Counted from the stretch's first letter, positions 13,041 through 24,000 are shown. The stretch: DNA of 64,000 nucleotides from Rebecca billardiae RCC1528 (GCA_965240325.2 OZ251238.1:1488001-1552000); one strand, 5' to 3'. Notes: generated by a model not told the origin, from the letters alone. Numbers and translations: made by a program.

Positions 13041-16000
13041 TTACCGCGCGCGCGTCGGGTGTCGGTCCACCATGATGGCGTCGACGTGCCGCTTGAACGT
13101 CGCACCGTCCGTCGCCTTCGTCATGATGTCAGAGTGGTTGAGCGAGGTGTGTACCTTGACCACCTTCACCTTGCCACCCTCCTGCGCGTCACGCACATAG
13201 TGATGCTTGATCTCGATGTGCTTCGAGCGCTTGTGGTGCACAGGATTCTCCACGAGGTCGATAGCCCCCTTGTTGTCCTCTCGCACCTCCGTCGCGGCCC
13301 GCGGCGGCTGCCGCATGGACTCGAGTATGCTCCGCAAGTAGCTCACCTCGCGGCAGCAATCGCTCAGCGCGACGTACTCCGCCTCCGTCGAGCTCAGCGA
13401 GACTGTACCTTGCAGCCCGCTGTGCCACGACACCGGCGCCCCATTGTAGAACACAATGTATCCACCCGTCGACCTGCCCTTGGTCTCCACCGGATTGCTT
13501 GCCCAATCGGAGTCAGCGAAAGCAAGTAGGTCGGGGTGCTCGGAACCTGTCGCAAACTTGAACAAGATTCCCAATCGCGGGCATCCACGTAAGTAGCGCA
13601 GCACGCGCTTCGCACTTACCAGATCCACCGCCCGCGGACATGACATGCGTCGCGTCAGCATGTTCACCGCGTGCGCGATGTCCGGCCGCGCCGTGACCAT
13701 CGCAAACATGAGACATCCCACCATCGCCTGGTAGTTCTCAATCTCCGCGCGCTGCAGCAACGCCTCGTCGTCGTCGCTCAGCTGCGCCCGCGCCGCCGGC
13801 TCCGGCGTGCGCGCCGGCGTGCTTGCGTTCAAACCGAACCGCTGAAGCACGCTCTCGACGTACGGCCCCAGATGCATCAGGATGCCGTCGTCATGAACTT
13901 CAAACACGGCGCCCAGGAACTTATCGAGCCGCTCACTCAGCTTGATCTCGTAATGCTCCTTCAGGTCAGCCGCCAGCTTCTCCACCGCGCGCGCGTCGCG
14001 CGTCAGGTTGAGAAACAGCAAGTCGTCGACAAAGCCGCCCGCGATGATGAACTCGCCCGGCGCCGACTCCTTGACGTAGATGCACGGCGCACTCGGACAC
14101 TCCGAGAAGCCGCGCGCGAGCAGCTGGGTGCGGTGCGTGCGATGCCACGCGCGCCCAGACTGGCGTAGGCCCGGATACGCCTTCAGGCTCCGGCCCACGA
14201 CTTTGTGCCCCGGCGGCGCCTGCGTGCTCGGCACGTAGCCCGGCGGGAATGAGAAGAGAGGCCGCTCATCCGGCTTCAACTCCGAGTTGAGGTAGGCGTC
14301 CTTGACGTCGCCCTTCGACAGTATGCCCAGCGCCGCAACCGACGCTGCACCCAAGTCGACTCTCGCGCCAGCCTGCTGAGCGGCGATCGCCACGAGTAGT
14401 CGCACTTGTTCCGGCCGGATCGTCGGAGCAAAGACCTCCTGAAAGTCGATCCCCGGCCGCTGTAGGTTCCCCAGTAGCACCGACCGCGCCTTGAAGCGCG
14501 TCACCTCGCCCTCCGGGTTCGACTTCACGTCAAAGACCCACTGGCTCGGCAACACTCGCGTGCCCTCCGGAACCACCACCTCCTCCGAGGTGCCGAGCAA
14601 CTTGTGACCTTCCAAGTGCTCGAGCATGGCGCCCTGCCACTGGGGCGCCTCCGCCGACCGCATCGCCTCGCGATAGTTCGTCGGCACCTTCACGTTGATC
14701 TTCTGGAACACCGACGCGGCGCTGACGACGGCAGTAAGCAGCTGCGGCCGTCGGCGTGACGTCCGATCCCTGCGAAGCGGATCGTGTCCCATATCCAGAC
14801 CGGGCGGCGGCGCGTCCTCGATCACGCCGTCGTCACCGTCTGCGCCGCGCGGCGGCCCGCCAGCATCTGCTGCGGCCCCGCGCCGTGATTCCGTCGGCGG
14901 TATCTGATCCTGCCGACCCGTCTGCGTCATCGACGCGCCTGCCCCGCCACGCCCGCCCTGCGGCGTCGGCGTCGACGGCTGTGCGCCCGCGCTGCTGCAC
15001 CCGCGTTGTCCCGCGTCCACGCTGCTGCGCCCGCGCCCCGACGTTGACGCATCTGCGTCGTCGTCGTACCCGACGTCGAACTCTGTCGCGTCGTCATCCC
15101 CGGCGTCGGCTGGCGTCTCGCCGCCATCGCCGTCCTCGTCCTCACCGTCGGCGTCACCGCCGACTGGACGATGTCCGCCGCTTACCGCGGCGTCGTCACC
15201 ATCACCCACGTACGCGCCACCGTCAGGTGCGCCCAGCGACGAGTGCCCCCCCTCGACCAGGTCGGTCTCGTCGATGCGTACGTCACGTGAGTGAACGAGA
15301 CGTCCGTCGTCTAAACGACATACGTACCCAAGCACGTAGCGCCATGTACCGCGCCACTGCACGCCGTGCCCACCCCAGAGATAGACACGTCCGGGTAGTG
15401 CGCGCTGCTTCAGCTGCCCCAATGCATTGCGCCGTGCGCCCAGCATCAGCACGCGGCAGCGCGCGCCAAACGCCACGTGATGCTTCCACGTCGGACGTTT
15501 GCCAAAGAACAGCTCATCCGGCGTGAGCCACTCGATGTCTCCATCGTCACGAATGATACCACGTGACGCCAGTCGATTGCGCGACGCGCATGCGTGCCAC
15601 GCCGCGTAGTGCCAATCGACCCTCGAGACTCCACGCGCAACGACCGTGGCGCGCAGTCTCGACTTCAGCGTGCGGATAGCGCGTTCCGCCACGCCATTCG
15701 AGCTCGGCGAGTCGGGCGCCGACGTGACCGTCGACGAGAACCCAAGCTTCGCCAGCTCACCCTCGACGTACGTACTCAGCAACGTCGAGCCACCGTCGGT
15801 GTGAATATGGCGTCGCGCCATAGTACACCCCGACGCCAGGACCCAATGCGACATGTGCATGGCCCCTGTTCCAAGCAACTGCGCGTACCAGCGGAATGCC
15901 CGACCAACCTCGGCGTCATCCAAGCTGCGTAGCGCGTACACTTGCCATCGACGTGAATGCCCATCGATGAATATGATCCCATGAGGATACCCTCCACGTG

Positions 16001-16325
16001 CGCCATCGGCCCCAACTGGTAAGTCGATCCGCGCCATAGAGAAGATGTCGACGTGCGTCACCTGCCCAGGGTAGTGCGCCGTCGGCATCGCGTCCGCGAA
16101 CGACCGCCGCGTCATGCCCGCCGCCGACTGCTCGTCGAGCGACTCACGCCGCGCGTTCGCCCCCTCCATCCCCTCGGCCACGCGTCGCGTGCGCTCGAGT
16201 AGACGTTGGTCATTGGTGCCCGTTCGAACCGACCAAGTGCGCAACCACGCCGGATCAGCGCCTCGCGCCGCCTCCGTAGTGTTTGTGGTTCGCACCTGCG
16301 CGGGTTCCGGGCTTAGGCGTTTGGG
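13041..16325 (-). CDS. pol: copia-1 Pol (integrase, RT, RNase H), in the -1 frame relative to Gag-PR
   Basis: Integrase HVDIF/HTDGG/SNGVAER; RT SQWVFDVK, RFKAR, DVKDAYLN, GLRQSGRAW, FVDD; RNase H ADSDWA, SSTEAEY, EDNKGAI, KHIEIKHH. Confidence 0.92.
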   Translation of the reverse strand, partial: PKRLSPEPAQVRTTNTTEAARGADPAWLRTWSVRTGTNDQRLLERTRRVAEGMEGANARRESLDEQSAAGMTRRSFADAMPTAHYPGQVTHVDIFSMARIDLPVGADGARGGYPHGIIFIDGHSRRWQVYALRSLDDAEVGRAFRWYAQLLGTGAMHMSHWVLASGCTMARRHIHTDGGSTLLSTYVEGELAKLGFSSTVTSAPDSPSSNGVAERAIRTLKSRLRATVVARGVSRVDWHYAAWHACASRNRLASRGIIRDDGDIEWLTPDELFFGKRPTWKHHVAFGARCRVLMLGARRNALGQLKQRALPGRVYLWGGHGVQWRGTWRYVLGYVCRLDDGRLVHSRDVRIDETDLVEGGHSSLGAPDGGAYVGDGDDAAVSGGHRPVGGDADGEDEDGDGGETPADAGDDDATEFDVGYDDDADASTSGRGRSSVDAGQRGCSSAGAQPSTPTPQGGRGGAGASMTQTGRQDQIPPTESRRGAAADAGGPPRGADGDDGVIEDAPPPGLDMGHDPLRRDRTSRRRPQLLTAVVSAASVFQKINVKVPTNYREAMRSAEAPQWQGAMLEHLEGHKLLGTSEEVVVPEGTRVLPSQWVFDVKSNPEGEVTRFKARSVLLGNLQRPGIDFQEVFAPTIRPEQVRLLVAIAAQQAGARVDLGAASVAALGILSKGDVKDAYLNSELKPDERPLFSFPPGYVPSTQAPPGHKVVGRSLKAYPGLRQSGRAWHRTHRTQLLARGFSECPSAPCIYVKESAPGEFIIAGGFVDDLLFLNLTRDARAVEKLAADLKEHYEIKLSERLDKFLGAVFEVHDDGILMHLGPYVESVLQRFGLNASTPARTPEPAARAQLSDDDEALLQRAEIENYQAMVGCLMFAMVTARPDIAHAVNMLTRRMSCPRAVDLVSAKRVLRYLRGCPRLGILFKFATGSEHPDLLAFADSDWASNPVETKGRSTGGYIVFYNGAPVSWHSGLQGTVSLSSTEAEYVALSDCCREVSYLRSILESMRQPPRAATEVREDNKGAIDLVENPVHHKRSKHIEIKHHYVRDAQEGGKVKVVKVHTSLNHSDIMTKATDGATFKRHVDAIMVDRHPTRAR

Positions 16326-18931
16326 GGCGGCGCAGCGCCAACGCGCCCCCGCCCCGCGCCCACGCGCCGCACTGGCGCCCTGCGCCGTGCGCGCGCCTCC
16401 GCCGGCGCATCGCCGACGTCCGGCCCCACCTGGCGCCGTACGATCTCGGCGCGCAGCGTGGAATCGCGCGGCAGCTGCACGACGCCGCCTCCCAGCGCCG
16501 TAAAGTCCGCAGTGTTGCCGCGCTGCGAGTAGTGGAACTCGATGCCTGCGTCCGCGCAGTGCTCGACCGACAGCAGCGGCGCCGTGACGCGCCGCGACGC
16601 CCACGCCTCGATCTCGAGCGTGAGGACCTTGTCGCTGTCGTCGTCCGCCGCAAGCTTGACCACCAGGGTCCCGCGGTGAGTGACCCGCTCCCGCGCACCG
16701 TTCCCCCACTCGATCTGACATGCGCCGTCCACCGGGGTAAGATTCGTCAAATCCTCGGCCATGGCGATGTTCTTCCGTGCGCCAGTGTCAAACACCAACG
16801 CCCGCGTGTTGTCCTCCGGCGGCGCCACGCGTGCCTCGGCCGCCCGCGCCGCGACGATCTCGATGTCCTCGTCGCGCTGCGCCCTGCCGCCGATAGCCGC
16901 GCCAATAGGCGCCAAGCCGAGTCCGGCGCCGGCGCCGCCGCCGTCTCCGGCGTCAGCGTCACCGTCGCCACCAACGGCGCCGTCGGGCTCGTCACCCTGC
17001 TCGGGTGCGAACGCGACCTGCGTGCGGACCGTGCCGCCGCCGTTGCCATTCCCGACCACGGCGCGGGTGCTGCCCCCGCCACCGCCGCCGCCACCGCCAC
17101 CGCCGCTCCGATGTGAGCCACGGCTGCGATCCGACCGCGTCGACGCCGCGTCATCGCCAGCGTTCGAGTCGCGATCAGCCTGCGTCACCTGCGGGCAGTA
17201 ACGCTTGATATGCCCCACGGCGCCGCACTTGTAGCAGCGCGGCCCGTGCGCGTCGTCGGAGTTGTCCTGGCCTCCGCGGCCGGCGCCACGGCCAGTGCCG
17301 CCGCCGCCACCGCCACGACCTCCGCCGCCGCCACCACGGCCAGCCGGCGACGTCGTGTCGCCGCCGCCGCCACCCGCCGACGCCGCTGCCGCCTGCGCCA
17401 GGCGGAGCCCGTCGATTGGGTGCGCGCGGGTAGCGCCACCGCCTCCTGGCGTGCGGCCACCCGCCCCTGGGCGCCCAGGGCCGCCGCGGTCAACCCGCTT
17501 GCCCTTGGAGAAGTCCCAGTCCTCGAACTTGCCGTTGAGCTCGTGCACGAGCTCCTGCACGTCGAAGTTCGTCACGGTCCTGTAGTCCTTCGACTCGTAC
17601 CGCGTCCGCATCTCGATGCCCGCGCCCACCGACGGAATGAACTCGATGAGCCGCGCAAGCATCTCCGCCGCTGGCGCTGCGTCACTCAGCTCCTGCAGCA
17701 GCACGTGGTTGTGCTGTAGCACCTGGAAGAGCTCGAGGGCGCCGACGCCGTCCTTGCCGCAGTCCGGCAGGACCGTCCGATGCCAGCGTGCCCGCACCGA
17801 CATGTACTTCCGCATGTCGTCGGGCTTGCGCATGCGCAGGATCGTCTTCCACAGGTACAGAAACTCGCGCCCCGGCGTAAGTGCGCCCCGGCGCGCGCGC
17901 TCCTCCTGCACCTCCGGCTGCGTCTCCATGAGGCGGTTGATGTGCTGCCACGCAGCCTCCGTCACCCACGACCGCAGCTCGGTGCGTAAGAAAGCCGTCC
18001 CTTTCTCGTACTGCGCCCCGGCGTACTTGGCGGGGTCCGCCTCGTCGCCGTCCGGCGCTGCCTCCAACACGCTCTGTCGGAGCTTGATGTCCAGCATGGC
18101 GTGCTCGCTCGCCTGCCGCTCATACATCTGTTCCTCGGTCTCGCGCTCGCGGCGGTAGAGCTCGCGCGCGCGCGGATCGAGCGTCACGGCAGCGCCGCCC
18201 GCGGGCGCCGCGCCACCGATCCCGCCGGCGCCGCCCGTAGGCACCGCGCCGACGCCGGCGCCGCCCACAGGCGTCGCGCCGTCAGTCCCAGCCGGCGCAC
18301 CTGCCGCGCCGCCTGTGCCCACACCCGGACCGGGTGTACCGGCCGCCGGACCCGGAAAAATTCCGGATCCGCCGCCCGCCGCCGGACCTGAACCCGGTCC
18401 GGTCGCCGTCGGGCCGCCCGGAGTGGCTAAACCACTCCCCGCGCCCGCCGAGGCAGCCTGCGCGTAGCTTGGCGCCTGCCTCGCCCCCGCCGCCGCCGCC
18501 GCGCGTTCCGCCGCGGCCCGGCGCTCGGCGTGCTCGCGGCGCTCGTGCTCGTGGCGATGGTCGAGCAGCCGCTGCTGCAGCGCGTAGTTCTCACGCGCCA
18601 GGTCCATCCGCTCGGCACTGACCTTGATCATCTTCGCCGCGGATGGGTTGAAAGTTGCCCACGTCGAGTTGTACTCCTCGAGCGTGTTGATGCGGTGCTC
18701 CGCGTTCGGGCCATGCGTCACGATGATGCCGTTCAGTGCGGACATCGTAGCACCTTGCCCCGCCGGAAGCGCCGCCAGCCTGCTCGCCGATTGCGCGAGC
18801 CAGCGCTGCTGATTGCCCTTGTCGTTGAGCATCCCCACGTCGACCGAGCCGTGCATCCGGCCGCTCGTGCCCATCGGCGCGATCGATGAGAAAGCGCCGC
18901 GCGTACGATCCCTCCCGATCGCTGCATGCAT
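16313..18931 (-). CDS. gag: copia-1 Gag-protease ORF (start codon uncertain)
   Basis: Zinc knuckle CYKCGAVGHIKRYC; aspartic protease motif LVFDTGA with downstream PLLSV. Confidence 0.85.
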   Translation of the reverse strand: MHAAIGRDRTRGAFSSIAPMGTSGRMHGSVDVGMLNDKGNQQRWLAQSASRLAALPAGQGATMSALNGIIVTHGPNAEHRINTLEEYNSTWATFNPSAAKMIKVSAERMDLARENYALQQRLLDHRHEHERREHAERRAAAERAAAAAGARQAPSYAQAASAGAGSGLATPGGPTATGPGSGPAAGGGSGIFPGPAAGTPGPGVGTGGAAGAPAGTDGATPVGGAGVGAVPTGGAGGIGGAAPAGGAAVTLDPRARELYRRERETEEQMYERQASEHAMLDIKLRQSVLEAAPDGDEADPAKYAGAQYEKGTAFLRTELRSWVTEAAWQHINRLMETQPEVQEERARRGALTPGREFLYLWKTILRMRKPDDMRKYMSVRARWHRTVLPDCGKDGVGALELFQVLQHNHVLLQELSDAAPAAEMLARLIEFIPSVGAGIEMRTRYESKDYRTVTNFDVQELVHELNGKFEDWDFSKGKRVDRGGPGRPGAGGRTPGGGGATRAHPIDGLRLAQAAAASAGGGGGDTTSPAGRGGGGGGRGGGGGGTGRGAGRGGQDNSDDAHGPRCYKCGAVGHIKRYCPQVTQADRDSNAGDDAASTRSDRSRGSHRSGGGGGGGGGGGSTRAVVGNGNGGGTVRTQVAFAPEQGDEPDGAVGGDGDADAGDGGGAGAGLGLAPIGAAIGGRAQRDEDIEIVAARAAEARVAPPEDNTRALVFDTGARKNIAMAEDLTNLTPVDGACQIEWGNGARERVTHRGTLVVKLAADDDSDKVLTLEIEAWASRRVTAPLLSVEHCADAGIEFHYSQRGNTADFTALGGGVVQLPRDSTLRAEIVRRQVGPDVGDAPAEARARRRAPVRRVGAGRGRVGAAPPPNA

Positions 18932-19651
18932 ATTGGGTAAACGCGAGCTCCGAGCGTCTCGAGCCCTGCTAAAAGCTCACCGGCACGTCCTCGGGCGCGT
19001 CGTCGGTGACGCCCACGAAGGCAATCTCGACCCTCGCTCCTCTGACGAGCGAAGCTAATCCTCCTGCCGCAACCAACTTTCGGTTGCGCAGGGTGACACG
19101 GCGTTTTGCGGCCCGGCTCGGGAATCTTGTAACCTTCCTGAGCCCCGCTTCCGTGCGTCCGCCAATCGCAGGCGTTACCGACGCACCGCCGTAAGCTCAT
19201 CTTTCCCCCAGGTACTCGGTAATGTCATCGGACCTGGGTAAGCTGCGCACGGACCCATGATCCCGGATTCTCGATTCTCAAAACTGAGAATCCGGGCGTC
19301 CATGAATGAAGTGATCGAGTCCGTTGTTCCTTGGACTCTTCCACGATGGCGCCCGCCTGTGCCGCCGGCGTGCCATCCGTGCCGCGTGCGCCGGGCCGTA
19401 CCGCCCGCGCACGCGCCGCGTCCGTGTCGCTCCGCGTCCGCGCTGCCGCGTCCGCGCTCCGCGTCCACGTCGCTCCGCGCCAGCGCTGCTGCGCTCGCGC
19501 TCCTGCCGCCGCGCGCGCCGCGCGCGCGCGCCGCCAGAGCCAGCCACTGCGTAGCTGATGCCGCCGGCCCGCCTGGTGCGGCGCCGGCCCTGACGTCCCA
19601 GCGGCGACGCCATCTGCTGAGATGCGCGCCCCAGGCTGCGTCAGCTCAACA
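18931..19651 (-). repeat. 5' LTR of copia-1
   Basis: Direct repeat of 12284-13004. Confidence 0.95.
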
Positions 19652-19941
19652 GTACTGATGAAATATTAAAACAGCAAGCCTATATATACTATATATATAT
19701 AATTATAATCGGTCATAATTCCGCGTGGCTGCTCGCACGGCGAACGCCCACGGCATTGCTGTCGCTGGCGGATGCGCCCCGCGTGTCCGTCAACCCTTGC
19801 GCTCGATCGAGCCCGAACAAAAAATAAATATTAAAGCGCACGACATCAACGGTGCCGCCGCCCTCTCTCGCGCGCGCGCGCGTCGCGGCGCCCGGCAGCC
19901 GCCGCGCGCGCTCGCAGCCGCTCGCGGCCGCAGGCGCCCGC

Positions 19942-21057
19942 TCAGGCCTGCAGCGACGGGTTTTGCTGCATGTTGAGCAGGCACGAGATGAACGACTCGG
20001 CGATGCGCTTGAGCACGCGGATGAAGACGGAGCGCGCCATCACCGAGGTGCTCGGCTGCTTGCACTGCGTGTACCTGCCAGTGTGCGCGGCGCGCGCGGC
20101 GGCGCGCGCGCGCGGCGCGCGCGTGAGCGGCGCGCGCCGCCAGCGCCGGCCGCGCGCGCGCGCGCATCGGCGCGCACTTGTCGTGCAAGATGTCGCGCTT
20201 GTTGCGGTTGATCTGCGAGAGGATCCGGCCGAACAGCTCCTCGGGCGGCAGCTCCCACGTCTCGTTGCGCGTCGCCTGGTCGGCGTGCTTGAGCAGCTGC
20301 GACCTGCGGCGGCGCGGCGCGGCGCGCGGGCGGCGCGCGGCGCGCGGGCGGGCGCGGGCGGTGGGCTCAGCGGGGCTCGGCGGCCGCGCGGCCGCACGGC
20401 CGCGCACGCACCAGTCCGCCATCGCGCTCTCGATCTTGAGCGTGCGCGAGCGCTGCACCCGCGCGAGCTCCGAGAGCCCGCCGGCGGCGCCCGCCGCGGC
20501 GCCGCCCGGCCGCTTGGCCGCGGGCGTCGGCTTGACGCGGTGCCGGTTGTGCAGGTAGTAGAGAAGCATCATCGTCGAGTGCTGCGCGTTGCGCAGCTCG
20601 TTGAACTGCCAGTGGAAGACCTGGCACTTCTCGAGGAACGACGCGCGCGAGTCGATCAGCTCGTTCGACATGAGCGGGTCCGGGTCGTGGATCCGTCCGT
20701 CCGGCTGTGGCGCGCGCGCGGCGCGCGGCGCGCGGCGGACGGCAGCCAAGGCGCATCCGCCCGTGAGGAAGCAGCACGCCAAATCAAAGGAAAGCATGGC
20801 GGCCGTTTTTCCGTGCTCAGGGTTGGTTTTGGGTGGGGGCTGGGCGCGCGGCGCGTGCGTTGGGCGCGTGGGTGCGCGCACCGTGGGCGGCTTGCACGCG
20901 TTGGAGGAGGTGCCGACGTGCTGCGCGTGCAGCGTGACGACGATGAAGTGGTTGCGCATCGACTTCATCTCCTCGGTGAGCGCCTCGACCATGTCGGTCA
21001 TCGACGACTGCTTCGCCGCCTTTGGCGCCTTGGCGGCGGAGCCGCCGCCGCCGCCGC

Positions 21058-21088
<31 letters not shown>

Positions 21089-24000
21089 CTCTGCGGCGGC
21101 GGCGGCGGCGGCGGCGGCGCCGCCGCCCGTCGAGGGCTGGCGCGCGAGCGCCTTCTCCGCGCGCTTGTTCTCCTCCTTGAGCTTGTTGTGGATCGACGCC
21201 GCCCAGTGGTCCCCCGAGAAGAGCGGGATTTCTGAGACGCTCTCGAGTCCCTTGAACTCCTCGAGCATGTCCTGGTAGTCGGCGACGATCTCGCGCCCCT
21301 TTGCGATGTCGAGCATGCGCTCGTACCACTGCTTGAGCTTGAGCAGGCCCATCCGCTTGTTCACCTGCGAGGCGGGCGTAACGGCGGGCGTAACGGCGGG
21401 CGTAACGGCGGGCGTAACGGCGGGCGTAACGGCGGGCGGGGGCGCGCGTGTGCGCGGGGCGGGGGGCGGAGGCGCGCGCCAGGCAGCCGGCGGGCGCGAG
21501 GCGCGGCGCGGCCGCGGCCGCTGCCGAGCCGGCCGGCGGCAGCGAGCGCCGCGCGTCCGCCGCGCGTGCGCGGGCGTGGGCGCGGGCGCGCGCAGCCCAC
21601 CATGTCGTCGGGGTGGCCGTAGAAGATGTAGTCGTCGCCCTGCTTGGGCGGCGAGACCCAGATGTGCGCGTGCGTGTACCCCAGCGACTTGACGTGCTGC
21701 AGGTACGCCACCTGCGTAACGGCGGGCGTAACGGCGGGCGGTGGCGGTGGCGGCGCTCGGCGTGAGCGCGCGGTGCGCGGGGGCACACACACGCGCGCGC
21801 ACACACATGCGCGCCACACGCGTGTCCACACGCACACACACCCGCCGCCCCGCCCGCCGTTACGCCCGCCGTTACGCCCGCCGTTACGCACGCACCAGGA
21901 TGGCGTGGTAGACGAGCGTGCGCCTGTGCTCCGGCGAGGACTGGAAGTAGCGCACGCTGTCGAGGTACGAGATGTAGACACGGTTCGTGTTGGGCGGCGG
22001 GCACTCTGAGCCGTACTCCTGCACGTACATTGCGAAGAAGCAGACGTCATGCCCGCGCTGCTTCTGGAAGGCGAGCACGCACTTTGAGCGGTACGGGAAC
22101 TCGGTCGGGTACTCGGGGCCGTCCGGCCGCGCCTGCGCCTGCGCCGCGAGGTGCGCCTGCACCGACTCGTTCACCTGCGCGTGCGAGTGGGCGGCGCGCG
22201 CGCGGCGTGTGGCGTGCGCGCGTGGGCGTGGCCGCGCGCGCGCCGCGCGCGCGCCACGCCGTGCGCGCATGCCGGGCGCCGCCGCGCGCGCGCCGCGTGT
22301 GCGCCGCACCTTCTCCGCCTTCTCGACGCACGAGACGACGCGGACGGTGACGGGCGAGGCGGTGACGCCCGCGCCCTCGAGCTCCGTGCCCACGTACGCC
22401 TCGAGGCAGCGGCTCAGCGCCGTGTGTGGAAGCGCGTCCGCGCCCGGCACTACTAACTCGTCCGGCAGCGCGCGCCGCCGGTTGGCGCGGCACGGCTCGC
22501 AGTACCACTCGGTGTCCTCGGGCGTGTCCTCGCCTTTGAAGAGCGCGCAGACCCAGTGGTGCCTGCGTGCGCGCCGCGCGCGGGTGCGTGCGTGGGGGCG
22601 GCGGCGTGCGCGCGCGCCAACGAGGGCGCGAGACGGGGGGGAGCGGGCGGGCTCAGCGCGCGCGCACAACGCCGCCGCGCCGCGCTCGCGCGCCGCGCGC
22701 CGCGCCCACACGCCGCGCGCCCAGCGTGTCACACGCGTGGCCCGCGCGCGTGGCGCCCGCGCGCAGTGCGCCTCCCCTCGTGCTCCGCGCACACAGCGCT
22801 CCACGGCCCCCTTGCGCGCGGCGCGCGTGTGTCCCGCGGCGCAAGCTGTTGTGTGCCCCCGCGCGCGCGGCGGGCCTTGCTCCGACGCATGCAAGGGGGG
22901 CAGCGCCGTACGCGTGGTGCGCGTGCGCCGCCGCCGCCGCCCCGCCGCGCGGTGCGCGTGTGCCGCCCCGCCGCGCGTGCAAGGGGGGGCCCGGCCCGAC
23001 GCGCGCGTGCCGGCGCGAAAACGCATGCGCGCAGCGCGCGCGTGCCGGCGCGAAAACGCATGCGCGCACCACGCGTGGCACTCCTCGCACTGAACCCAGT
23101 TGTCGACAAACTCGGGGCGGTCACGCTCCTTCCGCTCGATGAAGAGGGAGAGATCGACCGGCCGCGCGACGAGCTCGAGCATCGCCGCGCCCGGGTCGGC
23201 GCAGTTGCGCATCTCGCCGAAGCACCGGTTGCACAGCTTGACCGACGGTATCTCGTCCTCGCGCGCCTCATCCCAATACCGCCATCGCTGGTGAATCCCC
23301 GCGAGGCACTTCTCGCAGTACATCGGCGGCGGCTTGAACGTGCGCTTGTCCTGCAGGCACGACGAGCACACCAGCCGCAGCCGCGAGCGCGGGAGGCACT
23401 TCTCCTCGCCGCTGCGCGCGCGCGGGCACGTGCGCGCGCGCAGGCGGGCGCGCGGCCGGGGGGCGGCGGCGGCAGCGTGGGTGGGGCGCGTGAGCGAGGG
23501 AGCGGTGAGGCGTGCGCGGCGGGTGCGGCGGGTGCGCTCATGTGCAGTCGGCCGCGCGGCGCGCACCCGCCGCGAATCATCACGTCGTACACGATGGTCG
23601 CCGGGTAGAGCGCGGCGTGGCCGCCCGCCTTGCCGCCGCCGCCGCCCGGGCCGCCGGCGGGCGTGCCGACGTGCGCGCGCATCACGGTGCCGGTGCGCCA
23701 CTCACCGGAGGAGGCGGGGCCGTCCGCGCCCGCGGCGGCGCGCTTGCCGACCGCGGGGAAAAAAACCTCCACGCAAAAGCCGGACTCGAGCACGTCCTCC
23801 TGTGCCGCGGCGGCCGCCGCCTCGCGCTCCGCCGCGGCGGCGGCGGCGGCGGCGTGCGCCATCGGCCCGCCCTTCAGCCCGCCGCCGCCGCCGCCGCCGC
23901 CGAGCCCGCGCCCGCCGCCGTTGGCAAGGCCGCCGCCGTCTGCGCCCTCCGCCTTCACGCCGCCCGGCACGCCGCCGCCCGGGAGGCTTCCGGGAAACTT

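Larger units (their letters stand above)
12284..19651 (-). mobile_element. Full-length Ty1/copia LTR retrotransposon (copia-1), 7368 bp
   Basis: 721-bp direct repeats; TSD GTACT (12279-12283, 19652-19656); polypurine tract 13005-13013; domain order gag-PR-IN-RT-RH. Confidence 0.97.

Noticed and set aside
12275-13200. Small ORFs duplicated at 12.3-13.0 kb and 18.9-19.6 kb (likewise 36645 and 43874)
   Set aside because: They arise from the LTR duplication and show no protein motifs.
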